In this document: positions 50,596 through 60,576 of the stretch, in pieces
Layout of the letters: each line of letters opens with the position of its first letter
Position numbering within the stretch: the first letter of the stretch is position 1
Origin: Cyanobacteriota bacterium
GTDB lineage: Bacteria; Cyanobacteriota; Cyanobacteriia; Thermostichales; Thermostichaceae
Reading direction: 5' to 3'
Assembly (NCBI GenBank): GCA_033764955.1
Contig: JANRIL010000019.1
Location: 116,098-180,097 of the forward strand
DNA length: 64,000 bases
Position numbers and translations under genes: made by a program
The notes under the pieces: model-generated
Databases searched by the model: none
Told to the model about the DNA's origin: nothing
Seen by the model: the letters and a program-made list of their open reading frames with translations, nothing else

Positions 50596-50757
50596 GACAA
50601 CCCTTGCCTGAAGGATCCTCTCCATCCACCCCTAAAGGCTGCAAAATTTCTGATCTTTGGCTGATGTCAAGCTTATCTATTTTCTGTTTTATTTCAAATA
50701 GTTCTAAGACTTTTAGGTAAGACCCTATGCAGATGTTGTTAGTCCCAGGAGCGATTC

Positions 50758-51399
50758 ATGCCTAAAATCACTACGGTCAGCGACTTGTTAGCCAGTTATC
50801 AAGCGGGCGAGCGGGAGTTCCAGGGATCCCAACTGAGTCGCGCCTTGCTGAGGGGCTTGGCTCTAGTGGACGTGGATTTGCGGGGAGCCAATCTGAATGG
50901 AGCTGATCTGAGTGAGGGGGATTTGACCCGCGCCAATCTCAGTCAAAGCTATCTGCGGGGAGCTGATCTCGAGGCGGTGGATCTGGAGGCTGCCGATTTA
51001 AGCGGAGCTAAGCTGCGGGAGGTGATTCTCACCGGGGCGCGCCTCTATAAATCCCGTTTGCAGGAGGCCGATCTGAGTGGAGCCATTCTGCGTAAGACCA
51101 ACTTGCAGGAGGCGGATTTGCAGCGAGCTTGTTTGTGGGGGGCTAGTCTGCGGGGGGCACAGTTACAGGGAGCCAATTTGACGGGAGCCGCCCTTTGTGG
51201 CACTAACCTCTGGATGAGCGATCTCAATCAGGCGGATTTGCAGGGAGCCAACTTTGACAAGGCCGATCTGAGCAACGCTGATCTCACCACCGCCCATCTC
51301 TGGCAGGCACAGTTGGCCGGAGCCTACTACAACCATCACACGCGGTTTCCGGTGGGGTTTGATCCAGAAGCTTTGGGAATGCAGGTTTTGTGGGAGTAG
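50758..51399 (+). CDS. Pentapeptide repeat protein
   Basis: A(D/N)LXX repeats; C-terminal TRFPVGFDP; AGGAG RBS. Confidence 0.9.
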   Translation: MPKITTVSDLLASYQAGEREFQGSQLSRALLRGLALVDVDLRGANLNGADLSEGDLTRANLSQSYLRGADLEAVDLEAADLSGAKLREVILTGARLYKSRLQEADLSGAILRKTNLQEADLQRACLWGASLRGAQLQGANLTGAALCGTNLWMSDLNQADLQGANFDKADLSNADLTTAHLWQAQLAGAYYNHHTRFPVGFDPEALGMQVLWE

Positions 51400-51451
51400 C
51401 CCCAGTTTTCCTGAATAAAACGGTGTCCCTCGGTATGGTGGAACCCTCCAT

Positions 51452-51520
51452 AAGAAAACCGCCAGACTGCACGCCTAGCGGAAGATGGTGTGAGGAGTGA
51501 ACGGAAACATGCGTCTCCGC
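51452..51520 (-). ncRNA. yfr1: Yfr1 small RNA
   Basis: GCGGAGAC-GCAT-GTTTCCGT hairpin, unpaired ACTCCTCACAC (51498-51488), terminator CCGCTAGGC/GTCTGGCGG-TTTTCTT; -10 TATCAT at 51533-51528. Confidence 0.92.
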
Positions 51521-51555
51521 TTTATCTATGATAGTGGAATCTTTGATAGAGGGGC

Positions 51556-51575
51556 AAAAGCAGCAGGCTTGCTAC
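51556..51575 (-). terminator. Short intrinsic terminator after gabD
   Basis: GTAGCA-AGCC-TGCTGC-TTTT, 6 nt after the stop codon. Confidence 0.45.
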
Positions 51576-51581
51576 GAGTGA

Positions 51582-52949
51582 TTATCGAACCCAAATCGTC
51601 TTGATGTTGACAAATTCTAGGATCCCCTCTCGGCTGAGTTCTCGCCCATAGCCGGAGCGTTTGATGCCGCCGAAAGGTAGCCTGGGATCCGACTTGACCA
51701 TGCCGTTGATGAATACGGATCCCGCGGCAATCTCATTAATCAGTTGTTCTTGTTCGTTAGGTTGGGTTGTCCAAGCACTCGCCCCCAATCCGAACGGGGT
51801 TCCATTCGCCAGTTGAATGGCTGCCGCCAAATCGGGAACTCGAAAGAGCAGAGCCACGGGGCCAAAGACTTCCTGAGTGGCAATAGGAGCCTGGGCAGGG
51901 ATCCCGCTCACAATCGTGGGGGGATAAAAATATCCAGGCCGATCTGAGTAGGGGGATCCCCCCACTAAAACTGTGGCTCCCGCCGCCACCGCCTCCTTCA
52001 CCTGTTCACTGATTTCTTGTAGCATGGCAGGCGTGGCTAAAGGCCCAATATCCGTTTCAGGGTCTAGGGGATCCCCTACTTTGAGGGCTTGAAAGGCGGC
52101 GACCAATCCCTGTTCAAACGCCTCGGCTACGGACTCCTGCACAATGAACCGTTTGGCTGCAATACAGGATTGTCCGTTACTAATCATGCGAGCGGTGACG
52201 GCGGTGGCAATGGCTTGGGGTAGATCCGCACTTTCCAACACAATGAATGGATCGCTGCCTCCTAACTCCAACACGGTTTTTTTGAGGTGCTTACCCGCCT
52301 GAGCTGCCAGGCTGGATCCGGCGGCCTCACTGCCCGTCAAGGCGGCTCCTTTAAGGCGGGGATCCGCTACCAAATCGCTGACCCGCTCGGATCCCAGCAG
52401 CAGGGTTTGAAAAGATCCGGCAGGCCAGCCTGCCCGGTCAAAGATCTCCTCAATAGCCAAGGCGGATTGGGGGACGTTGGAGGCATGTTTCAAGAGCACC
52501 GTATTCCCCGCCATCAACGCTGGAGCCGCGCAGCGAAACACCTGCCAAAAGGGAAAATTCCAGGGCATCACCGCCAAAATCACCCCCAAAGGCTGATAAC
52601 GCACAAAGCTGCGGCTGGCATCGCTGGAGATCTCGTGATCCGCCAAAAACTCGCCGGCCTGTTCGGCATAATAGCGACATACCCAGGCGGATTTCTCCAC
52701 CTCCGCGATAGCGGATTTGAGGGTCTTGCCCATTTCTACCGTGATCATCTGCCCAAAGGTGGCTTTTTCGGCCAGCAAGATCGCCGCCACCTTCTGCAAC
52801 GCCACCGCTCGCTGGGGGATAGGAGCCAATCGATAGTGCCAAAATGTGGCTTCTGCCAGAGCTAGCTTACTTTCTAGCTGGGCAGGTGAGAGGGGATCCC
52901 AGCGCTTGAGCACTTCCCCCGTTGCCGGATTGATACTGGCAATTGCCAT
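51582..52949 (-). CDS. gabD: NAD(P)-dependent succinate-semialdehyde dehydrogenase
   Basis: MAIASINPATGE, MPWNFP, LELGGSD, GQSCIAAKR, PFGGIKRSGYGREL; ATG 52949. Confidence 0.88.
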   Translation of the reverse strand: MAIASINPATGEVLKRWDPLSPAQLESKLALAEATFWHYRLAPIPQRAVALQKVAAILLAEKATFGQMITVEMGKTLKSAIAEVEKSAWVCRYYAEQAGEFLADHEISSDASRSFVRYQPLGVILAVMPWNFPFWQVFRCAAPALMAGNTVLLKHASNVPQSALAIEEIFDRAGWPAGSFQTLLLGSERVSDLVADPRLKGAALTGSEAAGSSLAAQAGKHLKKTVLELGGSDPFIVLESADLPQAIATAVTARMISNGQSCIAAKRFIVQESVAEAFEQGLVAAFQALKVGDPLDPETDIGPLATPAMLQEISEQVKEAVAAGATVLVGGSPYSDRPGYFYPPTIVSGIPAQAPIATQEVFGPVALLFRVPDLAAAIQLANGTPFGLGASAWTTQPNEQEQLINEIAAGSVFINGMVKSDPRLPFGGIKRSGYGRELSREGILEFVNIKTIWVR

Positions 52950-53113
52950 AGCTCCGTCCCCCTTCCTGGCACCCCTTTGTTTTACTTTGACCGGTTCCCC
53001 CACCCCAAAGAGGGACTGATACAAATTGTTGCCGTTGAGACTTGTCCAACGGTGTTGTCATCCAGACGAGGGATCCCCTTGCTGGGCAAAACAAGCGGGA
53101 GTCAGTTAAAGCG

Positions 53114-53677
53114 TTACGGGGATCCCTGAGCCGGATGGAGGGGAGTCAGCAGGGATTCACCGCTGGGGGTGACAAACTCTAGGGCCTTGCCCATCAGAAC
53201 CAGGGTTTTGCTGGTGTTTTCCACAAAGCCGATCCGCTCATAAAACGCCTGCTGGTGGGTGGTAAATAGATAAACGCGCTCCACTCCCTGCACATGGGGG
53301 TGGCTAATCAAGGTTTCCACCAGCTTGCGACCCAAGCCCTGCCGCCGATAGTCAAGATCCACCACAACATCCCAAATCACCGCCCGATAGACGCCATCGG
53401 AGGTGATCCGACCAAACCCAATCATCCGCGAGCCATCCCAAACACTCACCACCGGATTGCTAAACTCGACGGCTCGTTTCATCTCGTCGATCTGGCGATC
53501 CTGCGCCCAAAAAGCATTGCGCTGAAAAAGAATCATCAGTTGCTCAAAATCGACTTCTGAGCGATCCAGAGAAAAACGAATATGGCGATTGTCCACGGAG
53601 GAGCTTGCGGATGATGAAGGGATAGGCGCAGGCTCCGGTGGCAAAGACTGAGGGGTCATGGGCAGGTCAATCCTCAC
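53114..53677 (-). CDS. GNAT acetyltransferase (Ycf52-like)
   Basis: IGFGR.TSDG, DVVV...RRQGLGR, FYERIGF. Confidence 0.88.
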   Translation of the reverse strand: MRIDLPMTPQSLPPEPAPIPSSSASSSVDNRHIRFSLDRSEVDFEQLMILFQRNAFWAQDRQIDEMKRAVEFSNPVVSVWDGSRMIGFGRITSDGVYRAVIWDVVVDLDYRRQGLGRKLVETLISHPHVQGVERVYLFTTHQQAFYERIGFVENTSKTLVLMGKALEFVTPSGESLLTPLHPAQGSP

Positions 53678-53785
53678 ACAGACGAAAGAAAAATAGGTGG
53701 ACTCCGGTGGACAGACGGACTAAAGAGCTTTGCTCGTAAAGAATAGATACTTATTCTTCCTGAGCACTAGAGATCCACTAAGCTC

Positions 53786-54229
53786 TCAAACAGATCGGGT
53801 CTGGTCGAGGGCATAGGTGCGGAACCGCTCCAAATCCTCTTGTAGGCTAGATTCAACAATCTTGCCCAAAAACAAACCATCCATGATCTTACCGAGGATG
53901 CCGGGCAAAACATAGGCGACTGATAGCTTGACAATCGTGCTACCCTTCCGGTCATAAAAACGCAGCGTACCGCGATTGGCTAACCCATCCACTGATTTCC
54001 AGCTAATGATCTGATGTTTGATCAAGGTCGTGATGCGGGATGTCCAGCTAAAGTTGAAGCCCCGCGCATCCAATGTCCATTTGGAAATCTCGTCGTCGAT
54101 CAACTCCACGGAGCGGATCCACTTCATCCAGTGGGGCATCAATTCTAGGCTAGCCCACAGTTCCCATACCCGCTCGATGCCTATTGGAACCTCCACCTGT
54201 ACGGTATGCTCTAACCAATCTTCAGCCAT
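53786..54229 (-). CDS. SRPBCC (cyclase/dehydrase) family protein
   Basis: WLEHTVQVEV...WMKWI...W.SVDGL.NRG. Confidence 0.88.
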   Translation of the reverse strand: MAEDWLEHTVQVEVPIGIERVWELWASLELMPHWMKWIRSVELIDDEISKWTLDARGFNFSWTSRITTLIKHQIISWKSVDGLANRGTLRFYDRKGSTIVKLSVAYVLPGILGKIMDGLFLGKIVESSLQEDLERFRTYALDQTRSV

Positions 54230-54427
54230 GCGCTCTCTCCCCAGATGGAAGCGGGATCCCTTTACAAATTTTCATGTCAACCTAAGATAGCATTTGAGGG
54301 GTCTGGGGGAGGGCAGATCGAAACCACTTCCAGGGTAGTCTTAATAAAATCTTGAGGTAGCCAATCTCAGATCCCATCGTTACAGGTTCAATTTCTCGCA
54401 TTCAAGTTTCTCAGATTAGGTGAGCAT

Positions 54428-55228
54428 GTGAGCATGTTTTCAGACTGGAAGCAGCATCTCAAAAATTATTTTGTGGCTGGGCTATTGGTGGTCATTCCCC
54501 TCGCCACCACGATTTGGTTGATGGTCGAGGTAGCCACCTGGAGCATTGACTTTCTCACCAGCATCCCCAAGCAATTCAATCCGATCCAGGGTTTGCATCC
54601 CCTCCTGATCAACCTGATTGATCTGAGTGTGGGGATCCTGGCTCCCCTGCTGTTTATTCTGTTGATTGGCTTTATGGCTCGTAATATTGTCGGGCAATGG
54701 CTCCTCAACATCAGTGAACAGTTGCTTCATGCCATTCCGATTGCTGGCCTGGTCTACAAAACCCTTAAACAACTGCTCAGCACCCTTTTTACCACCTCAG
54801 AAGATAAAAAGTTTCGGCGGGTAGTTTTGATCGAGTATCCCCGCGCGGGGACATGGGCACTGGGATTTGTCACGGGCACAGTGTCAGCGGAGTTGAAAGG
54901 GGATCCCTCCTGCCGTTGGCTAAGTGTTTTTGTCCCGACGACCCCTAACCCGACCACCGGATGGTATGCAATTGTGGCCGAGCAAGACACTATCGAAGTG
55001 TTTATGCCGGTGGAAGATGCCTTCAAAATGCTCATCTCCGGGGGGATTGTCACCCCTGAGACTTTTGAGACGGGCTTGCAGTGGCGGCGTACCCATAACC
55101 CCAATTTGTCCAGCGTTTCCCCGACGATGCCCAGCCTGCGGGAGTTGGTGGAGACGGAGCGATCGACCCCCCCCTCCGCAGATGGGAGCAGCCTCAGGAG
55201 CAATCCAGAACCCGATACCGCCCTCTGA
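54428..55228 (+). CDS. DUF502 membrane protein
   Basis: AGLLVVIPLATT, IEYPR.G, FVPTTPNPTTG. Confidence 0.9.
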   Translation: MSMFSDWKQHLKNYFVAGLLVVIPLATTIWLMVEVATWSIDFLTSIPKQFNPIQGLHPLLINLIDLSVGILAPLLFILLIGFMARNIVGQWLLNISEQLLHAIPIAGLVYKTLKQLLSTLFTTSEDKKFRRVVLIEYPRAGTWALGFVTGTVSAELKGDPSCRWLSVFVPTTPNPTTGWYAIVAEQDTIEVFMPVEDAFKMLISGGIVTPETFETGLQWRRTHNPNLSSVSPTMPSLRELVETERSTPPSADGSSLRSNPEPDTAL

Positions 55229-55260
55229 AGGGATCCCCTTCCCCCCATCTAGCTGAGCCA

Positions 55261-55863
55261 TCAGATGAATTGGCGGATACATTGTCGAATCGCCAGGTTT
55301 TCTTCCGCAAGGTTACTGTAGCCTGAGATAACTTTTCCATCTCCATCCAACAAGAGCAGGGCAGCTTGCTTGCGGATATTGAGCTGGGGAAGCACTTTTT
55401 GAGCAACGGTTTGTAGGGGGGTGACCACATCTCCGTCAAAATCGGCGGCCACGGCGACATGTTTTGATAGAAGGGAGGGATCCTCTGGCACGCTCTTTTT
55501 GATCTCACTGATCACCAAATCTTTGACTAACGACAATCCAGTTCCATCCAATAAAACGATCTGGCGAAGTCGCGGGTTTTTGCCAAACTCTACTACCAAG
55601 CTTTCGGACAGGGAGACCGACTGATTCCGGCTCGTGGCATTGGTCAAAATTAACGCCTGGATGCCGTCATAGCGACTCAGTTCGAGCGGATCCCCAATGA
55701 CTGGACTGATGGCTCCGCTGACATTGTGGGGAATCGGTGGGCTGGGGCAACCCCCATTGTTAGCCCACAGGGGAGTTGCTGGGATCCCGATGCTGAGGAT
55801 CCCCAACCATAAGCACAGTCGTCTTTTCATAGGCAAAATGGTGGTGTGGTTGGGGATCAGCAT
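55261..55863 (-). CDS. Hypothetical exported protein
   Basis: Signal-peptide-like MKRRLCLWLGIL...LWA; fills the gap between DUF502 and rpsU. Confidence 0.6.
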   Translation of the reverse strand: MLIPNHTTILPMKRRLCLWLGILSIGIPATPLWANNGGCPSPPIPHNVSGAISPVIGDPLELSRYDGIQALILTNATSRNQSVSLSESLVVEFGKNPRLRQIVLLDGTGLSLVKDLVISEIKKSVPEDPSLLSKHVAVAADFDGDVVTPLQTVAQKVLPQLNIRKQAALLLLDGDGKVISGYSNLAEENLAIRQCIRQFI

Positions 55864-56057
55864 AACGAATCCAGTTTTTTTCGGTTTGGGCTGAGGCGTA
55901 TAGTTCTCTACCTTAAAGCCCTATTTGCCATGCCTGTGTCGAGAGCTAGTCCTTCCCTGCTATCGTCTCAACCGCCCTATCCCCTTCCGCCACGAGATCC
56001 GCTACTATAGGGATCCCTTATCTCAACCCATCCCCACAAACCAATGGAGAGCACCCC

Positions 56058-56249
56058 ATGACCCAGGTAACGATTGGCGAAAACGAAGGCATTGAGTCAG
56101 CTTTGCGCCGTTTTAAGCGACAGGTCTCGAAAGCAGGTATCCTGCGGGATCTGAGAAACCATCGTCACTTTGAGACAGCGCTAGAAAAGCGGAAACGGAA
56201 AGCCGTTGCCGTCCGTCGCAATCGCCGTAAAACGGGCGGGGGAGCCTAA
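56058..56249 (+). CDS. rpsU: 30S ribosomal protein bS21
   Basis: [22 protein letters not shown]...RHFET..EKRKRK. Confidence 0.96.
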   Translation: MTQVTIGENEGIESALRRFKRQVSKAGILRDLRNHRHFETALEKRKRKAVAVRRNRRKTGGGA

Positions 56250-56343
56250 TCGGGCTGGTTTTTCGTTAGCCTGCCCGTCGAGACCAGCTTGTTGATAGCT
56301 TGCTGGTTAACTTTCTAGATCAAATCATCCATCTGAGTCATCC

Positions 56344-57846
56344 ATGACACCCGCCTCAGCGAAATCCCCCGCGAAATCTCTGATGGTTGTGGGTACCTCC
56401 TCCCATGTCGGCAAATCATTGGTGGTTACCGCCCTCTGCCGCCTTTTGTCCCGACAAGGGTGGCGGGTCGCTCCCTTCAAGGCTCAAAATATGTCCCTCA
56501 ATGCCTATGTAACGGCTGAGGGAGGGGAAATTGCCTATGCGCAAGCCCTGCAAGCCTGGGCCGCCGGCATCGAACCAACCGTTTTGTTGAACCCTATTTT
56601 GCTCAAACCCCAGGGGCAGATGACCTCCCAGGTGATCCTGAATGGGAGGGTAGCAGGAACCTATCGTGCCGGGGACTATTATGAGCAATTTTTTGCCCAG
56701 GGATGGCAGGCTGTCACCGATGCCCTCACTCAATTACGGGATCCCTATGACTGGCTCATTATTGAGGGGGCGGGTAGTCCTGCCGAAATCAACCTGCGCC
56801 ACCGCGATTTGACGAATATGCGGGTTGCCTGTCATCTCAATGCGCCCACTTGGTTGGTGGCTGACATTGACCGTGGGGGAGCTTTAGCCCATGTGGTGGG
56901 CACGTTGCAGTTGCTCTTGCCGGAGGAACGACGCCTCATCCAAGGGATCTTGATCAACAAATTTCGCGGTGTGCGGGAATTGTTGCAGCCGGGATTAGAC
57001 TGGCTAGCCGACTATACCCAGGTGCCCATCGTCGGGGTCTTACCCTGGCTAGACTTTGCCCTCCCTCAGGAGGATTCTCTCTCCCTGATCGAGCCACGCC
57101 GTGAACATTTTGATTCAGGCGACTCAAAACGGTTGCAAATCGTGGTGATCCATCTTCCCCACATCGCCAATTTCACCGATTTTGATCCATTGCTGGCGGA
57201 ACCTTCCGTCCATCTGCGGTTTGTTAAACCAGGGGATCTGGGGTCAGGGGATCTTTGGAGGGGGGCGGATGTGCTGATCCTACCCGGAAGCAAAACAACT
57301 ATGGCAGATTTAGCGGCTCTGCGGGGGAGTGGCTTTCCTCAGCGCCTCGCCCAGTTTTCGGGAGAGATTATTGGTATTTGTGGGGGGTTACAAATGCTAG
57401 CCAGTCGGATTGGGGATCCCGATGGGTGGGAAGGAGCGCCCGGATGGGTGGGGGGTTTGGGACTCCTGGCCGGAGAAACCGTTCTAGAGGCCAACAAAGT
57501 TACCCGCCAAGTCACCACCCAGTCCATATGGCCGGAGGTTGCTCCCATCCAGGGCTACGAAATTCACCAAGGACGCTCAACGTTTGCCCATTCTTTATTT
57601 CCGCTATTTTCAAGCCCACAATTGGGAGTACGCAGTCGAGATGGACGTATCTGGGGAACCTATCTGCATGGCTTGTTCGATAATCATCTCTGGCGCAGGC
57701 AATGGCTAAATCGGTTACGTCACCAAAAAGGATGGGATCCCTTGCCCCTCCTGGAAGGCCACTACAGCCAACAACGCACCGCCCTCTTGGATCGTCTGGC
57801 CGACTGCTGGGAACCCCACCTAGATTTACAGTTATGGCGGAGCTAG
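56344..57846 (+). CDS. cobQ: Cobyric acid synthase
   Basis: GTSSHVGKS, PFKAQNM, EGAGSPAEINL, DIDRGG, GICGGLQML, GTYLHG. Confidence 0.96.
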   Translation: MTPASAKSPAKSLMVVGTSSHVGKSLVVTALCRLLSRQGWRVAPFKAQNMSLNAYVTAEGGEIAYAQALQAWAAGIEPTVLLNPILLKPQGQMTSQVILNGRVAGTYRAGDYYEQFFAQGWQAVTDALTQLRDPYDWLIIEGAGSPAEINLRHRDLTNMRVACHLNAPTWLVADIDRGGALAHVVGTLQLLLPEERRLIQGILINKFRGVRELLQPGLDWLADYTQVPIVGVLPWLDFALPQEDSLSLIEPRREHFDSGDSKRLQIVVIHLPHIANFTDFDPLLAEPSVHLRFVKPGDLGSGDLWRGADVLILPGSKTTMADLAALRGSGFPQRLAQFSGEIIGICGGLQMLASRIGDPDGWEGAPGWVGGLGLLAGETVLEANKVTRQVTTQSIWPEVAPIQGYEIHQGRSTFAHSLFPLFSSPQLGVRSRDGRIWGTYLHGLFDNHLWRRQWLNRLRHQKGWDPLPLLEGHYSQQRTALLDRLADCWEPHLDLQLWRS

Positions 57847-59337
57847 CGATTGACTTCGCAAGGCATGGGGTAGTCCCAAAGGGTCGGAGCCAATCTGGGG
57901 AGTGACGGAACGCTGTTCCAGCCAGCGCTTCAGGAGATAGGTAGCGCGACAGTCATCTTCGTTATAAGTGAGGGAAAGCTCCATAAACTGATAATCTTGG
58001 GTTTCTATCCACTGGGCATACCAATAAATCGATTGCGCCCCATTGGCGTCAGACTGCTGCCAATCAAATCCCAGCCAACGAGCAATATTTTTCAGCGAAT
58101 AACTTTCCACAGGCAAAACTACTTTTTGGGTGACCAAATCGTGCAAATCCACCATCCGCTGCACCAATGACCGCAAGAGCGGTGTGGGGGTGCCGTAGCG
58201 TTCCGCTAACTTTTGACAGGTATGCACCTCAAAGGCATGAAAGTGAAAAATTGGGGCAGTGGGATAGCGGGTGACTAGGCTTAAAAAGGCTTGCCAAGCC
58301 TCCCCTTCTTCAGCGGGTGAGAGGGCTAAACAGGGATGGTAATGGGTCTGTTGGGATCCCCGATCCACCAACAAAACCCCCAACAAATAGGCCACATCCT
58401 GCTGGGGATCCCCTTCCACATCAAAATACAGTTCCACATTGGCCTGGGGCAACTGGGGTGGGTGTAACCAAATCGCTTCCTGCCGCAGCGTCGCCTGAGC
58501 CTGACGAATCAACTGCTGGGCTACTTTGTGTCCCATGCCTTCTAGAGCACCCAGACTTCTCACCTTGGCGCTGGCCAGATCACTGACGCTGCTAATGCCC
58601 GCCGCCCGCAGGAGGGGATATCGACTGCCCGTTACCCCCGGCAAGAGGGTTAAGGGATCCCTGGTGACCGCCAGATGACGGCAATGATGACGCCAGCTAC
58701 ACAAGCCACAGCGACTCCGCGCCATATAGACAAGGGGTAATTCTGCCGACTGGAGCGCCGCCCACAACTCCTGCAGGAGGACGATCACCTGAGCCAGTCT
58801 TCGCCGCAGATTCACCCCATACCAACGCTCATCCCGCAGGATCACCATGCCCTGAAGAGGGGTAGTTCCTTGCAGTTGTCCCAAGACATAGGCATGGATC
58901 GCCAGCATCAGTTCGTAATCCGGTTTAACCCGCTTGCCGGTACGAATCTCCACAGGGATGTAGTGGGCTTCGTTGGCTTGCCAAACCAGGAGATCCGGTT
59001 GACTGATAATCGAGAGGGGAGGGGAGAGAGCATCCGTTTCTAGAGAACCAGCCAAGGTTGCTTGATAAATCGGTTGCGGAGCCTGTTGGAGTTGCCTAAA
59101 CTGTTCAGCCGTTAAGGGATCCCCTTGTGAGGCTGCTACTCGCCCTGGGTGCTGCTGCTGGATCCGCTCCCGCAAAAGCAGGCGTTCTTTACGCAGTTGT
59201 TTGAGATAGTCATCGGTAGGCAGCTTTTCGGATTGTGGGCCGAGGCGTTGTAAGTAAGGCAGGCGGCGACAACGATAGAACTCCAGCAGTTCCTCCGCTT
59301 GGATGAAGTAGGGAGTAGGATTCGATGCGTAATCCAA
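57832..59337 (-). CDS. TM0106-family RecB-like nuclease with RNase H-like C-terminal domain
   Basis: PDLL...YIPVEIR, Cys cluster CGLCSW...C, HhH motifs, YFDVE, YSLK, YNEDD. Confidence 0.85.
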   Translation of the reverse strand: MDYASNPTPYFIQAEELLEFYRCRRLPYLQRLGPQSEKLPTDDYLKQLRKERLLLRERIQQQHPGRVAASQGDPLTAEQFRQLQQAPQPIYQATLAGSLETDALSPPLSIISQPDLLVWQANEAHYIPVEIRTGKRVKPDYELMLAIHAYVLGQLQGTTPLQGMVILRDERWYGVNLRRRLAQVIVLLQELWAALQSAELPLVYMARSRCGLCSWRHHCRHLAVTRDPLTLLPGVTGSRYPLLRAAGISSVSDLASAKVRSLGALEGMGHKVAQQLIRQAQATLRQEAIWLHPPQLPQANVELYFDVEGDPQQDVAYLLGVLLVDRGSQQTHYHPCLALSPAEEGEAWQAFLSLVTRYPTAPIFHFHAFEVHTCQKLAERYGTPTPLLRSLVQRMVDLHDLVTQKVVLPVESYSLKNIARWLGFDWQQSDANGAQSIYWYAQWIETQDYQFMELSLTYNEDDCRATYLLKRWLEQRSVTPQIGSDPLGLPHALRSQSLAPP

Positions 59338-59605
59338 AATCCACCTGTTAGGCCATCTGCCTTTACTCTAGTCGAAGATATGGGAGGATTCCTGAGATTG
59401 GTAACGCGTCCGCAATTCGTCTATCTCGATACACCTCGATCCGTCGAGTTAGGTTAGGGTGCAAGCGGTTGATAAGCTAAGTTTCAGCCCAGTCGAGTGT
59501 AAATAAACCTGACAGACTGCTGAAAGGATCAAGGTAGTCTGTTCTAATAGATTGACGTTTGTCACTATCCGACATATGTCCTTGAGAAAAAGGAAGTTAC
59601 TGCCC

Positions 59606-60514
59606 ATGAAAAAATTAGCCGTATTTCTATCCGTCATTTTGCTACTGGCGATGGCTTGTCTGGTTCCCAGCAAGGCACAAGAGGCTCCTCCTGCTCAGTT
59701 ATATGGAGCTTTACAAAAAATCAAAGAATCCGGCAAGGTCGTGATTGGTCATCGAGAAGCTTCGGTTCCCTTTTCTTTTTTAGATGATCAAAAGCAGCCG
59801 GCTGGATTTTCTGTTGATCTTTGCCTGCAGATTGTTGAAGAGATCAAAACCGAGCTAGGGATGCCGGACTTAACCGTAGAATTTACAGCCGTTAATCCAC
59901 AAACTCGGATCCCTCTTATTGCTAACAACACCATCGATTTAGAATGTGGTTCTACTACCAATAACCTAACTCGCCGTAAACAGGTAGATTATGCCTTGAC
60001 TACTTTTGTGACGGGGACAAAACTACTCGTCAAAAAAGATTCCGGTATTAAAGAAATTGAGGATCTGGCCGGAAAATCGGTTGCTGTTTCTCAAGGAACT
60101 ACTAATGAGCGGGTGATCAAAGCCTTTATTGAGGCCAATAATATTGATGCCAGAATTGTCAATGTCAAGGAGGTGGCTGAAGGATTACTATCGTTGGAAA
60201 CGGATCGGGTGGACGCTCTGGGTAGTGACGATATTCTGCTCTACGGTCAAATTGTCCGATCCAAAACTCCTGATACATTAGAGGTGGTGGGGCGTCGTCT
60301 ATCCTATGATCCCTATGCCATCATGATGCGGAGAGATGACTCAGCTCTGCGGCTAGTAGCGGATCGTAGACTATCCAAACTATTTGCTTCAGGAGAATTT
60401 AACACCATCTATAGCAAGTGGTTTGAACCTCTCAAAATCGGCGAGAATACTGTGCCTGTACCGATGGGTGATGGCCTCAAAAATGCAGTTGAACTGCAAG
60501 CTTTCCCCGAATAA
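59606..60514 (+). CDS. Polar amino-acid ABC substrate-binding protein, GltI-like
   Basis: GHREASVPFS, RIPL, DLECGSTTNN, GTTNE, DDILL. Confidence 0.88.
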   Translation: MKKLAVFLSVILLLAMACLVPSKAQEAPPAQLYGALQKIKESGKVVIGHREASVPFSFLDDQKQPAGFSVDLCLQIVEEIKTELGMPDLTVEFTAVNPQTRIPLIANNTIDLECGSTTNNLTRRKQVDYALTTFVTGTKLLVKKDSGIKEIEDLAGKSVAVSQGTTNERVIKAFIEANNIDARIVNVKEVAEGLLSLETDRVDALGSDDILLYGQIVRSKTPDTLEVVGRRLSYDPYAIMMRRDDSALRLVADRRLSKLFASGEFNTIYSKWFEPLKIGENTVPVPMGDGLKNAVELQAFPE

Positions 60515-60576
60515 AAGGTAGGTTATCCCAATTAAGTTCTTGCTAAAAATGTGAACTCACTAACTGGGAATCACCC

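Noticed and set aside
51400..51520. 6S RNA
   Set aside because: Length, two-hairpin layout and the ACUCCUCACAC motif fit Yfr1 instead.
57832..59337. Cas4 / CRISPR system
   Set aside because: The RecB-like nuclease has TM0106 architecture; no cas genes or repeat-spacer array seen in the window.
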